Notes under the pieces: generated by a model | Database searches by the model: none | What the model saw: the letters and a program-made list of their open reading frames with translations, nothing else | Told to the model about the DNA's origin: nothing | Program-made: the position numbers and the translations under genes | Shown here: piece by piece, positions 39,959 to 49,560 of the stretch | Numbering within the stretch: the first letter of the stretch is position 1 | Layout of the letters: every line of letters starts with the position of its first letter | DNA from: an uncultured Bacilli bacterium | Lineage (GTDB): Bacteria; Bacillota_I; Bacilli_A; RFN20; CAG-826 | Reading direction: 5' to 3' | Assembly: GCA_944369075.1 (NCBI GenBank) | Contig: CALVXK010000006.1 | Location: forward strand, 11,380 to 75,379 | DNA: 64,000 nucleotides

Positions 39959-41869
39959 TTACCAAATGATGACTCTTTGTTCTTTTGGAAGGAACATCTT
40001 GTCTCCTTCCTTAATATTAAATGCTTCATAGAATTCATCAAAGTTTCTAACTTGCATATTTGCCCTATAATAAGCTGGACCATGAACATCTACTGTAAGA
40101 AGGAGTTTTTCATATTCAGGTCTTTGTTTAACGCACCAAATACGTGCATAATTGATAAAGAATAACTTTAAATCAGCATCAGGCTTAACTCTATGTAGAG
40201 ATTCTAAAGAAGAAGTTACTCCACCATTATCAGCAATATTTTCACTTACTGTTAATTTACCATTTACTTTATTTCCATTTAAATCAAGACCATCGAATTC
40301 TTTAATCATAAGTTCGGTTTTTTCTTGGAAATGATCGTAATCTTCTTTAGTCCACCAGTTATTGATATTACCTTTTTCATCCATTTGAGCACCATTATTA
40401 TCAAAAGCGTGGGAAATTTCGTGTCCAATTACGCATCCAATTCCACCATAATTCTCTTCAACACTTTGTTTTAAAGAATAGAATGGAGCTTGCAAAATAG
40501 CTGCTGGGAAAGTTATATCATTAAATGATGGGTTGTAACATGCATTAACCGTGTTTCCAGACATAACCCATTGAGAATGATCAACTTCTTTAAAAAGTAG
40601 TGAATCTGAATATTGAGATCTAATTTTTAATAATTCTTCAATTATTTCATATAAAGATTTATCTTCACTGAATACTAAATGTTTATATGAATCTTCTACT
40701 TTATCAGGGTAGCCAATTTTAATAATCATTGTATCAAGTTTTAAAATTGCTTTTTTAATTGTTTCTTTAGATAACCAAGTGTTATTTGATAAACGGTGTT
40801 TATAAGATTCAATTAAATTATGAACTATTGAAATAACGTCTTTTTTAGCTTCTTCTCCAAAGTATTTTTTACCATAATAAATACCAATAACTTCAGAATA
40901 GAATCTATTTGTTAATCTATATGCGTATTTATTAATATTTGTAATTGCTTTAGCTCCGCTTAAAGCATTTGAATAAACGGAGGAAAGTTCTCTAAATTCC
41001 TCACTAATATAGCCAATATTTGAATATAAAGTTAAAACTTTGGACCAGGCACTAAATTCTTCATAATGTCCTTCCATTAATTCTTTGTAGTTATCTAAGA
41101 ATCTAGGGTCAGCAACAATTATTTGTTCCGGTAATCTTCCAAATCTAGCATAGATAAAATCTTTTAAATTCCAATCAAGTAAGGAACAAGCTTTAGAAAT
41201 ATCATAAGGATTATATGATTTAATATAATCAGCCCATTCTTCATTAGATTTAACGATTTTAGATAATCTTTCATCAAAACTTATAGTTTTTGCAATTAAA
41301 TCATCGCTATCTTTGATTCCAACTTTATCTAAAATAGTTTTAATCATTGATTTATATATACCAAGTAAAGCATTTCCGCCATCTGTACCATACATTGTAG
41401 TATCAGGTAAAATTAAACTTGGTGAAGAAATTGTTAAACAATATTTCGTAGCGTCTTTACTATCAATTGATGTACCAAAAGAAAATGGTAATACATAATT
41501 ATTATCGTATAAATAATATAAATGTGATCTAAAATATGCGTTATCTTTAATATCGTCTAATAACGAAATCTTATCAAGCAATGCACTTAAGCCTTTCTTT
41601 CTATCTTCATCATCTAAAACTTTTTTATATAATTTTACCGCTCTAGATAATAATTCATCGTCAATTTTATTTTGTTTTGATAAATTATCAAATTCATCAA
41701 TCATTAATTTTTCAACACCATCTGATAAATCAATAAATCCACCAGTACATGGTAAATCATCAGGAATTACAGCACTTTCAATCCATTTACCATTAACGTA
41801 AGAATATAAGTCATCTTCTAATCTTACTTTATCGTTAAATTTGTGTTTAACACTATTATTTTCACTCAT
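39959..41869 (-). CDS. pepO: M13-family zinc metalloendopeptidase (PepO-like)
   Basis: It has HEISHAFD (HExxH) and ENIADNGG. I prefer the start at MSENNS (41869), which is preceded by GGAGGG. Confidence 0.9.
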   Translation of the reverse strand: MSENNSVKHKFNDKVRLEDDLYSYVNGKWIESAVIPDDLPCTGGFIDLSDGVEKLMIDEFDNLSKQNKIDDELLSRAVKLYKKVLDDEDRKKGLSALLDKISLLDDIKDNAYFRSHLYYLYDNNYVLPFSFGTSIDSKDATKYCLTISSPSLILPDTTMYGTDGGNALLGIYKSMIKTILDKVGIKDSDDLIAKTISFDERLSKIVKSNEEWADYIKSYNPYDISKACSLLDWNLKDFIYARFGRLPEQIIVADPRFLDNYKELMEGHYEEFSAWSKVLTLYSNIGYISEEFRELSSVYSNALSGAKAITNINKYAYRLTNRFYSEVIGIYYGKKYFGEEAKKDVISIVHNLIESYKHRLSNNTWLSKETIKKAILKLDTMIIKIGYPDKVEDSYKHLVFSEDKSLYEIIEELLKIRSQYSDSLLFKEVDHSQWVMSGNTVNACYNPSFNDITFPAAILQAPFYSLKQSVEENYGGIGCVIGHEISHAFDNNGAQMDEKGNINNWWTKEDYDHFQEKTELMIKEFDGLDLNGNKVNGKLTVSENIADNGGVTSSLESLHRVKPDADLKLFFINYARIWCVKQRPEYEKLLLTVDVHGPAYYRANMQVRNFDEFYEAFNIKEGDKMFLPKEQRVIIW

Positions 41870-41922
41870 TAAATAGCCCTCCAATAACCTTATAATTCAT
41901 TATACTATTTAAAAAATTTTAG

Positions 41923-41954
41923 TAAAAAAATAAGATGAGTTATCTCATCTTATT
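41923..41954 (-). terminator. intrinsic terminator after trxB
   Basis: On the minus-strand RNA: AATAAGATGAG-auaa-CTCATCTTATT followed by a U run. The trxB stop codon sits in the loop. Confidence 0.6.
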
Positions 41955-42842
41955 TTGAATTGTATGAATTACATTTGCTCCATCACTTTCAGCAGTAACA
42001 ATTTGTCTAAGTTCTTTTTCAATTACATCACCGATAGCAAAAAGATTTGGAATTTTAGTTTCAAAATGTTTATCAACTTCAATATATCCTTTAGGATTTA
42101 AAATATCCATGTAATTTAAGAATTTAAGTTCAGGTTTAGAGCCAATATAGACAAATAATCCATCTGTTTTTATTACATTTTCTTTATTTCCTTGAGTTAA
42201 TACTTTAACTGCTTCAAGATGATCTTTTCCAATTACTTCAGTAATTACTGTATTTGGAAGATAAGAAACATTAGTATAAGATTGTAATTTTTTAATATTA
42301 TTTACTTCGCCTCTAAGTTCATGACGAGAGATTATCGTTAAATGTTTAACAATTTGAGCAAGGAATGTCGCTTCGGTAATTGCACTATCTCCCCCACCAT
42401 AAACAACAACTTCTTTATCTTTAAAGAAAGCACCATCACATGTTGCACAAAAAGAAATTCCTCTACCTTTTAAAGCTTCTTCGTTAGGTAAATTTAAATC
42501 ATTTTCTTTAGTGCCTGTAGCAATAATTACATATTTAGCTTGATATCTTTCTTTATTTGTATTGATGTAGAAAGTATCGTCCATCTTATCAATTAAAGTT
42601 ACTTCCTCTTTCTTTAAGTTAATATTTAAATCTTTAATTTGTTTTCTAAAATTTAAAGCAAGCATTGCTCCTTCGATTTTAGAAAAACCAGGATAGTTTT
42701 CGATTTCATAAGCATTAATAACTTTACCGCCAATAGGTCCTTTTTCGATTAAGCAATAATTTAATCCAGCTCGAGAAGCATATATCGCACTTGTAATTCC
42801 AGCAGGTCCTGCCCCAATAATAACAATATCGTAAGTTTCCAT
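41940..42842 (-). CDS. trxB: thioredoxin-disulfide reductase
   Basis: 300 aa with FAD motif IIGAGPAG, redox-active CATCDG and NADPH motif VYGGGDSA. Confidence 0.93.
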   Translation of the reverse strand: METYDIVIIGAGPAGITSAIYASRAGLNYCLIEKGPIGGKVINAYEIENYPGFSKIEGAMLALNFRKQIKDLNINLKKEEVTLIDKMDDTFYINTNKERYQAKYVIIATGTKENDLNLPNEEALKGRGISFCATCDGAFFKDKEVVVYGGGDSAITEATFLAQIVKHLTIISRHELRGEVNNIKKLQSYTNVSYLPNTVITEVIGKDHLEAVKVLTQGNKENVIKTDGLFVYIGSKPELKFLNYMDILNPKGYIEVDKHFETKIPNLFAIGDVIEKELRQIVTAESDGANVIHTIQNKMR

Positions 42843-42948
42843 CTTTTTTCTCCAATAAGTAATATAATTATTTAATAAAATTAAATTCTTTTCAATTAAA
42901 TTGCTCTTAGTTATTGTATAATATTTAAGGTTTTTGAGGTAAGAAATT

Positions 42949-43491
42949 ATGGATTTAAAAGAAAAGAAAATTAATGATGAAATAGTTTTTAAAGGACATT
43001 TACTCGAAGTACATAAAGACGAAGTTCTTTGCCCTAATGGTCATAAATCAACAAGAGAATTCATTAATAAAGGAAAAGCAGCTTGTGTTATTGCTTTAAC
43101 AAATGATGGTAAATTCATTTTAGAAAGACAATTTAGATATCCTTATGATGATGTAATTATTGAATTTCCTGCCGGAAAAAGCGATCCTAATGAAGATGGC
43201 AAAGTAACTGCTTTTAGAGAATTAAAAGAAGAAACAGGCTATGAAGCTAGTACTTTAATTTATCTTGGTTCAACTTATCCTAGTGTTGCTTACACCAATG
43301 AAGTTATTGATTTATATTTTGCAAAAGATTTAAAAATGACTGAAACACATTTAGATGAGAACGAATTTGTTGAAGTTTTCTATAAAAGCGAAGACGAAAT
43401 TAAGGATATGATTGCTAAAGGCGAAATTAAAGACGCTAAAACAACACATGCTTTCTTACTCTATCTTCTAAATAAAGACAAATTAAACTAG
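42949..43491 (+). CDS. nudF: NUDIX hydrolase (ADP-ribose pyrophosphatase-like)
   Basis: 180 aa with Nudix box GKSDPNEDGKVTAFRELKEETGY. Confidence 0.85.
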   Translation: MDLKEKKINDEIVFKGHLLEVHKDEVLCPNGHKSTREFINKGKAACVIALTNDGKFILERQFRYPYDDVIIEFPAGKSDPNEDGKVTAFRELKEETGYEASTLIYLGSTYPSVAYTNEVIDLYFAKDLKMTETHLDENEFVEVFYKSEDEIKDMIAKGEIKDAKTTHAFLLYLLNKDKLN

Positions 43492-43551
43492 GTTAACTAA
43501 AATCTCTTTATGATGTATAATTAGTTTAGTTTGTTTTTAGGAAAAATATTG

Positions 43552-44154
43552 ATGGGACTATTTAATCATACTTATAAAGAAAAGATGGCTATTAAAATTT
43601 ATAATTTTCTTTATACAAAAGAAAACATAATTTTAAATTACGCATTGAATGATAAAACTAAGTGTGATCTAATAATTGTCTCAAAAGTTGGTATTTTCGT
43701 TATCAATATTTATGATGCTAAAGGTGTATTATCTTTAAATAGTGAAGAAGATCCTCTTTGGTTTGTAATGCCGGTAAAAGAAGAAAAGAAGTCATTTTTT
43801 AAATCTAATAAATCTAAAAATAATGTTTTAAGTAAATCTAAAGATGCTAAAGCTAATACAATACCTATCGATAATCAAATAGATAAAGCTTCTTTACCTA
43901 ATCCTTTTGAAACACTAAATAAGATTAAAGATTCAATTATTTCTTTGCTTAAAAAAGAAGATGATACATTTAATGAAAATGTATTTCCTGTTAAATCAAT
44001 AGCGCTATTTGATAATATTAAAAATATTTCTAATTATCATATATATAATCTAGAAACTTTTAAGAGTTATCTTAAAAGTTTAAAGAAACAATCTTTAAGA
44101 AATGGCAAGATTAATGAATATAGTGAATTAATTAAAAATAATGGAGTTCATTAA
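43552..44154 (+). CDS. NERD (nuclease-related) domain-like protein
   Basis: The core CDLIIVSKVGIFVINIYDAKGVL resembles the NERD motif (D-hlvi..Gifv-E-K..G). I prefer the ATG at 43552 over the track's TTG. Confidence 0.5.
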   Translation: MGLFNHTYKEKMAIKIYNFLYTKENIILNYALNDKTKCDLIIVSKVGIFVINIYDAKGVLSLNSEEDPLWFVMPVKEEKKSFFKSNKSKNNVLSKSKDAKANTIPIDNQIDKASLPNPFETLNKIKDSIISLLKKEDDTFNENVFPVKSIALFDNIKNISNYHIYNLETFKSYLKSLKKQSLRNGKINEYSELIKNNGVH

Positions 44155-44156
44155 TT

Positions 44157-44708
44157 ATGAATATATTAAATACAATTAAGATTATTGCACCAGGTATTAG
44201 ATATGATTTATCAAAACCTCTTTTAAAGATGTTTGATGAATCTATTAAAGGTGATACTTTATATTTAAATTATTCTTATTTATATGATGTAGATAAGGAT
44301 TTTTTTGATAAAGAAGAGGCATTTAAGTATTCTTTAAATAAAATTAAAGAAGTAGATTTAAGTAAGTATAATGAGATTATATTTATTGGTAAATCGATAG
44401 GAAGTTATATAAGTGGTCGATTAATTGCTACATTAAATCTTCCACGTGCAAAGTTTATATGTATAACACCTTTAGATATTACATTACCTTATCTTAGACA
44501 AACAGATTATATTGTTTATGGAACTAAGGATAAATATTTAAGTGATAAAGGTAGAGAATTTCTTAAATATCGATTCGTTAATTTATCAGTAATTGATGAT
44601 GCTAATCATCGTTTAGAAGTAGGAGATGAAGCAAAAAACAAGAAAGTATTAGATCAAATTAAAATAGAAGGTTTAACCTATCTAGAATGTTCTAACTATA
44701 TGGAGTAA
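44157..44708 (+). CDS. small alpha/beta-fold hydrolase
   Basis: 183 aa with a nucleophile elbow GKSIGS and a C-terminal DDANH. Only a 2-nt gap separates it from each flanking gene. Confidence 0.55.
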   Translation: MNILNTIKIIAPGIRYDLSKPLLKMFDESIKGDTLYLNYSYLYDVDKDFFDKEEAFKYSLNKIKEVDLSKYNEIIFIGKSIGSYISGRLIATLNLPRAKFICITPLDITLPYLRQTDYIVYGTKDKYLSDKGREFLKYRFVNLSVIDDANHRLEVGDEAKNKKVLDQIKIEGLTYLECSNYME

Positions 44709-44710
44709 TT

Positions 44711-45559
44711 ATGAGTGTAATCGAGATTAAAAACGTCACTAAAAAATATAAAAAGTTCACTCTAAACAATGTTTCATTTAATATTGAAGAAGGTGAAATT
44801 TGTGGTTTTATTGGTGAAAATGGCGCTGGAAAATCAACAACATTAAAAATACTAGCTGGAATTAGTTCTTTTGATGAGGGCGAAGTTAAAATTAAAAATC
44901 AATATATCGATAAATTATCTAAGCTTGAAAGAGAAGATATTTCTTTTATATTAGATGAACTTAACTTTCCTGAAAATTTAAAACTTAAAAACATTGAACT
45001 TATTTTAAGAAATATTTTTACTAACTGGGAGAAAGATACTTATTATTCTTTATTAAAAGAATATGGATTAGATGTCGATAAGAAGTGTAAAGAACTTTCT
45101 AAAGGTATGAAAGTTAAATTAAATATTGCTATTTCTTTATCGCATAAAGCAAAAATCTTTATTTTGGATGAGCCAACAAACGGCTTAGATCCTGTAGCTA
45201 GAGATGAAATCTTAGAAAAATTAGTCCAAATAGCTAATAATGGTGGAACTATTTTAATTTCTTCACATCTTGTGGAAGATTTAGAAAGAATATCTTCAAG
45301 AATTATTTTTATTCATCAAGGAAACATTATTATAAATGAAAAGAAAGATGAATTAATTAATTCCTATGACTTATATGAAATCAAAAAAGATATTTTCGAT
45401 ACTTTAGATAAAAATAAAGTTATTAAGTATAAAGAAAATTTGGATGGTAGCATTTCTTTAATTACTAAAAAAGATTCTTTACCTAGCGAAATTGAAGGTA
45501 AACTTCCTTTTGATTTAACTAAGTTTATGATTTTATTTGTTAGAGGTAGCAATTTATGA
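44711..45559 (+). CDS. ABC-2 type transporter ATP-binding protein
   Basis: 282 aa with GENGAGKST, LSKGMKVK and ILDEPTNGLD. It ends in a TGA that overlaps the next ATG. Confidence 0.9.
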   Translation: MSVIEIKNVTKKYKKFTLNNVSFNIEEGEICGFIGENGAGKSTTLKILAGISSFDEGEVKIKNQYIDKLSKLEREDISFILDELNFPENLKLKNIELILRNIFTNWEKDTYYSLLKEYGLDVDKKCKELSKGMKVKLNIAISLSHKAKIFILDEPTNGLDPVARDEILEKLVQIANNGGTILISSHLVEDLERISSRIIFIHQGNIIINEKKDELINSYDLYEIKKDIFDTLDKNKVIKYKENLDGSISLITKKDSLPSEIEGKLPFDLTKFMILFVRGSNL

Positions 45560-46251
45560 GAGGCTTATTACTTAAAGAACTAATGAACTTGAAAACATCA
45601 TTTTTTCTTATTTTAATTTATGTTGTTATAATTGTCTTGCTTGTAATTCCTAGTGGTATTGCCGAAAGTGGAGATGTTGGAACTACTGATCCAATTACAC
45701 CTATGCAAGAAGCTTTAATGGTTTTTGGAGTTGCTGCACCATCTTTATTTATTGCTTCTTTTTATCCTAATACTATTTTAAATAGTTCTTATCAAATAGA
45801 TGAAAAATCTAATTGGACTCCATTTATTATTTCAGTAGGAGTTAGAAAATCGACCATTATTTCTTCTAAAGCCGCACTTTCTTTAATACTTGATGTTGTT
45901 TTTATTGGAATTTTTATTATAGCTCTTTTTGCTTTTGGTGATGTTCCTTTTACTATTTCAAGTTTTATTTTCTATCTCGGTATTTCTTTAGGAAGTGCTT
46001 TTTTCTCACAAGCTTTAACAATATTAATTTGTTCTTTATGGGGTTCAAACAAAGCAACAGTTTTAAGTATTTTCTTAAGTTTTTTAACAACAACTCTACC
46101 TTTAGTTGTTGCTCTTATTCCTTTCTTTGTAGAGCCTTTGTTTAGTTTGTTATGGCTTTTTGGTTTAATTGATTTATTGGTTTTTGGAATTATACTTGCT
46201 GGTTTGGTTTTATTTATAACTTATCATTTCTATAAAAAAAGAGATTTCTAA
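45556..46251 (+). CDS. ABC-2 type transporter permease
   Basis: 231 aa with about six hydrophobic helices, translationally coupled to the ATPase. Confidence 0.75.
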   Translation: MRGLLLKELMNLKTSFFLILIYVVIIVLLVIPSGIAESGDVGTTDPITPMQEALMVFGVAAPSLFIASFYPNTILNSSYQIDEKSNWTPFIISVGVRKSTIISSKAALSLILDVVFIGIFIIALFAFGDVPFTISSFIFYLGISLGSAFFSQALTILICSLWGSNKATVLSIFLSFLTTTLPLVVALIPFFVEPLFSLLWLFGLIDLLVFGIILAGLVLFITYHFYKKRDF

Positions 46252-46252
46252 T

Positions 46253-46284
46253 AAAAAATAAGTGGAATTTACCACTTATTTTTT
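46253..46284. terminator. bidirectional intrinsic terminator
   Basis: An A run, then AATAAGTGG (46257-46265), a loop, CCACTTATT (46272-46280), then a T run. It overlaps the stop codon of the minus-strand ORF. Confidence 0.6.
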
Positions 46285-47297
46285 ACTTTCTCAATAAATC
46301 CATATGCATCACGGATGAAGTAAGTTTTTTCACCAACTTTAAATGTTCCATTATATTTTCCAAATATTTGATGTTGGTAAGTTGATGCAATAGGAGTAAT
46401 AGTATTTTCATTACGATCAACTATTGGTGTAAATACTAAATTAATATCATTTGATTCACTATACATTTTGATATCACCACTATAATCGATATCTTTTTTT
46501 CTTCTACCTTGTTTAAAATAGAATTTTACATCGTTAAATTTATAAGCGTTTTCGTTAACAAAGAGCATATTTTCACTAGCTTTCGATGTATCACCAAAAC
46601 CATAACCAAGATTAAAACCAACATAGTTACCCATTTCGTCTTTAGAAGAACAAGAAGCCCAATACCATGTTACTTTATGCGGCCATACTCCTCTTCCCCA
46701 ATCTAAAACTCCCATATTATCTTTAATAGAGTGAAGTTTATTGCCAATTTTAAAGTAACCATTTGCAATAAGGTTATTAATTTTTTGGTTATAATAAAAT
46801 TGACCTTTTTTAGAGAACGGAGTAACAATAACCATTGAATTCATTGAAGTTTCGGAAAGAATAATATCAAAATCTAAGTCTTTAGTATTATAAAAATTTG
46901 TAATATATCCTTTTATTTCTCTTTTATTTCCGTCATTTAAAAATTTTAGTTTAAAGTCTTTTGATTCAAAAGAAACATCTCCATTATCTGAAGATGGTGG
47001 TAAATTAAGTTTACCACGTGTAAACATTTTTACTTTTGATAAAGTTTTAAATCTTTTCTTAACAAGGTCAATTACTGAAACAGAGACTAGTCCAAATAAA
47101 GTTAAATCAGAAATAGTAAAAGCAATCGCATAATTTTCATTCATTATTGCGTAATAGTCCCATTCTTTTATTTTATTTTTTCTAAAAACAATATCTTTTC
47201 TACGATATTTTTTTACTAAAGAATAAGCAAAGCCAACTTCATTTAAATTACCTTCATAACTTAATAATCTGCCTTCTTTTAATTCGTGTTGTTCCAT
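46269..47297 (-). CDS. conserved hypothetical beta-rich protein (possibly DUF2804-like)
   Basis: 342 aa, soluble, rich in aromatic and glycine residues (WDYY, WGRGVWPHKVTWYWA). The family assignment is from memory only. Confidence 0.35.
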   Translation of the reverse strand: MEQHELKEGRLLSYEGNLNEVGFAYSLVKKYRRKDIVFRKNKIKEWDYYAIMNENYAIAFTISDLTLFGLVSVSVIDLVKKRFKTLSKVKMFTRGKLNLPPSSDNGDVSFESKDFKLKFLNDGNKREIKGYITNFYNTKDLDFDIILSETSMNSMVIVTPFSKKGQFYYNQKINNLIANGYFKIGNKLHSIKDNMGVLDWGRGVWPHKVTWYWASCSSKDEMGNYVGFNLGYGFGDTSKASENMLFVNENAYKFNDVKFYFKQGRRKKDIDYSGDIKMYSESNDINLVFTPIVDRNENTITPIASTYQHQIFGKYNGTFKVGEKTYFIRDAYGFIEKVKNKW

Positions 47298-47309
47298 TAG
47301 CTCTACCTC

Positions 47310-49010
47310 CTATTTTGCTTTAATATTGATATACATCATTATAAATTCATCTAAGGAATAATATATAGGTGTTCCATAAAATATTCCTGCTTCACTTTTA
47401 GCATGTACTGCCATATATTTTATATCATCTGGTTTAATTTCTTTAATAATTTTAGTTATTTCTAAATATTTATTTATTTTTTCTAGGAATAATATTAGAT
47501 CATCAGGTGTTGAACCTAGGTCTAAATATTTAGCTAGATATGACATTTTTTTAAACCCTCTTTTATTATATTTATATGTTCTTAAAACGTGAGGAGTTAA
47601 AGTAGCATTGGTTTTAGCGTGTCCTAAATTATATTTAAATGATAAAGGATGAGATAAAGCATGGATTATTCCGACTCCTTTATAAGAAAAAGCAATACCT
47701 GCTAAATAGGAAGCTAAAATAAAGTTTTTTCTTATTTTAGAAATATTATTTTGATCACTTAAATCAACATTATTATCTAATATGTCTTTAAAAGAAGAAG
47801 TAATTAACTTCATAGCTTCTAAAGCATACTTATCAAATCTATTAATCGAATATACATTTAAATAAGCTTCTAAGGCATGAGTAAAGGCATCAAGTATATG
47901 AGTTTCTAATACTTTTAAATCAAGTTTAGATATAAAGTTTTCGCCAAAAAATGTGTAATTTGGTACAAGTTTGAAAGATGTTATAGCGTATTTTCCTTCA
48001 TCAAAGGAAATAACACTTGAAGAAGTAGTTTCACTTCCACTACCTAAAATTGTTGGAATAGTAACTAAAAATGGTAGTTTCTTTTTAACTTTAAATTTAC
48101 CTGCATACTTACTTAAATTTTTATTTTTAGATGTGATTAATATTCCTAAAGCTTTTGTTAAATCGATAATTGATCCTCCACCAATTGCAAGAAGAGAATC
48201 CATTTTTGAATTTAAATACATTTTATAAACTTTATTAACTTCTTCAATACTTGGATTAACTATCGAAACATTATAAATATAGTAAGAAATGTTATTAGAT
48301 TCTAAATGTGATATTAATTCATGATGATAGTTAGATTTAAAAACTGTGTTAGATATAACAATAAATACTTTAGTTATCTTATTTTTCTTATAAACATCAA
48401 TTAATTCATCATAAGTTTTAAATGGTTTAGATTTATATATTTTCATTAATCTTAAAGTTAGATTAATGAAAATCTCAATAAACCTTTTAATAAATTTTAA
48501 AAATTTAGGTTCTTTATCAATTAAGTAATTTTTATTTACAATATTATTATTTATTAAATTATAAAGTTCTTTAGCTTGTTTAATGTGTCTAACTGTAACG
48601 ATATTACCGTTATTTAAATATATTAATACTTTAGAATTACTTGTTTGATAAGAATAGGCTGAAGAATACACCGCAAATATATCTTTAAAATATATTTTTA
48701 TTCTTCTAAAAGATTTATAAACAATAATATATCGATCATTAAAATCTAAATCTTTAGATATATCATATTTAACTAAATAAGAAGGTATAAGTAGATATAA
48801 GATAAAAAATATTAATAAGATTAATAAAACTAAAGATGATAATGTTAATATAATAACGTTAGTTAAATTATATGTAATCGTTAAGATATAACTAGAAAGT
48901 ATAATTAAAATTAATAAGAGGATAATTACTATTGAGTAAGGAATAATTACACTATAAGATTTTTTAATATTATATGTTAATTCTTTATTTGATATTTCTT
49001 TCTTTTCCAT
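47310..49010 (-). CDS. membrane-anchored fusion: two TM helices, a PH-like (bPH_2/DUF304-like) module and an iron-containing alcohol dehydrogenase domain
   Basis: Fe-ADH motifs are LLAIGGGSIIDL, TIPTILGSGSETT, LDAFTHALEAY and GIIHALSHPL. About 195 extra N-terminal residues carry two long hydrophobic helices. I prefer the ATG at 49010 (MEKKEIS) over the track's TTG at 49052. Confidence 0.75.
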   Translation of the reverse strand: MEKKEISNKELTYNIKKSYSVIIPYSIVIILLLILIILSSYILTITYNLTNVIILTLSSLVLLILLIFFILYLLIPSYLVKYDISKDLDFNDRYIIVYKSFRRIKIYFKDIFAVYSSAYSYQTSNSKVLIYLNNGNIVTVRHIKQAKELYNLINNNIVNKNYLIDKEPKFLKFIKRFIEIFINLTLRLMKIYKSKPFKTYDELIDVYKKNKITKVFIVISNTVFKSNYHHELISHLESNNISYYIYNVSIVNPSIEEVNKVYKMYLNSKMDSLLAIGGGSIIDLTKALGILITSKNKNLSKYAGKFKVKKKLPFLVTIPTILGSGSETTSSSVISFDEGKYAITSFKLVPNYTFFGENFISKLDLKVLETHILDAFTHALEAYLNVYSINRFDKYALEAMKLITSSFKDILDNNVDLSDQNNISKIRKNFILASYLAGIAFSYKGVGIIHALSHPLSFKYNLGHAKTNATLTPHVLRTYKYNKRGFKKMSYLAKYLDLGSTPDDLILFLEKINKYLEITKIIKEIKPDDIKYMAVHAKSEAGIFYGTPIYYSLDEFIMMYINIKAK

Positions 49011-49044
49011 ATTAAGTATAATTATAGAAAATATCTTACAAACT

Positions 49045-49560
49045 ATGAACAAATTATTTAAATTTATTACACTTTCCTTATCTATTTTATTATTATGTAA
49101 TATATCTTCTTGTTCTTCTAAAGTAGATTTACCTCATTTTAATCTAGATGAAAGTATTGATTATGTTACTTTTAAAGAATATGAATTAGATAATATTAAA
49201 AATATGTATAATCAAAAAGAAAATACCTACTATGTTTATTTGTATCGAATTGATTGCCCTACATGTAATACATGTAAAAACTCATTATTAGGTTATTTAG
49301 ATTTATATTCTAAAGGGGAAGTAGATACTAAATTATATTTATATAATACTGTAAATTTAAAAAATGATTATCCTTCATTTAATAATGGATCTAATTTTGA
49401 AGATGAAGAAGAAGTTAAAAATTATATGTTAAGTAATAACATTAATAAAATAGAAGATACTATTATTAAAGTAGTACCTTCCTTATATGTTATTAGTAAT
49501 AATTATTTAAGTGATTATTATTATGGCTATGATGTAATTTCTTATATATTTAATCTTTAG
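49045..49560 (+). CDS. thioredoxin-fold lipoprotein (CxxC)
   Basis: The signal peptide and lipobox read LLLCNISSCSS, and YLYRIDCPTCNTC carries the CxxC motif. Confidence 0.55.
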   Translation: MNKLFKFITLSLSILLLCNISSCSSKVDLPHFNLDESIDYVTFKEYELDNIKNMYNQKENTYYVYLYRIDCPTCNTCKNSLLGYLDLYSKGEVDTKLYLYNTVNLKNDYPSFNNGSNFEDEEEVKNYMLSNNINKIEDTIIKVVPSLYVISNNYLSDYYYGYDVISYIFNL

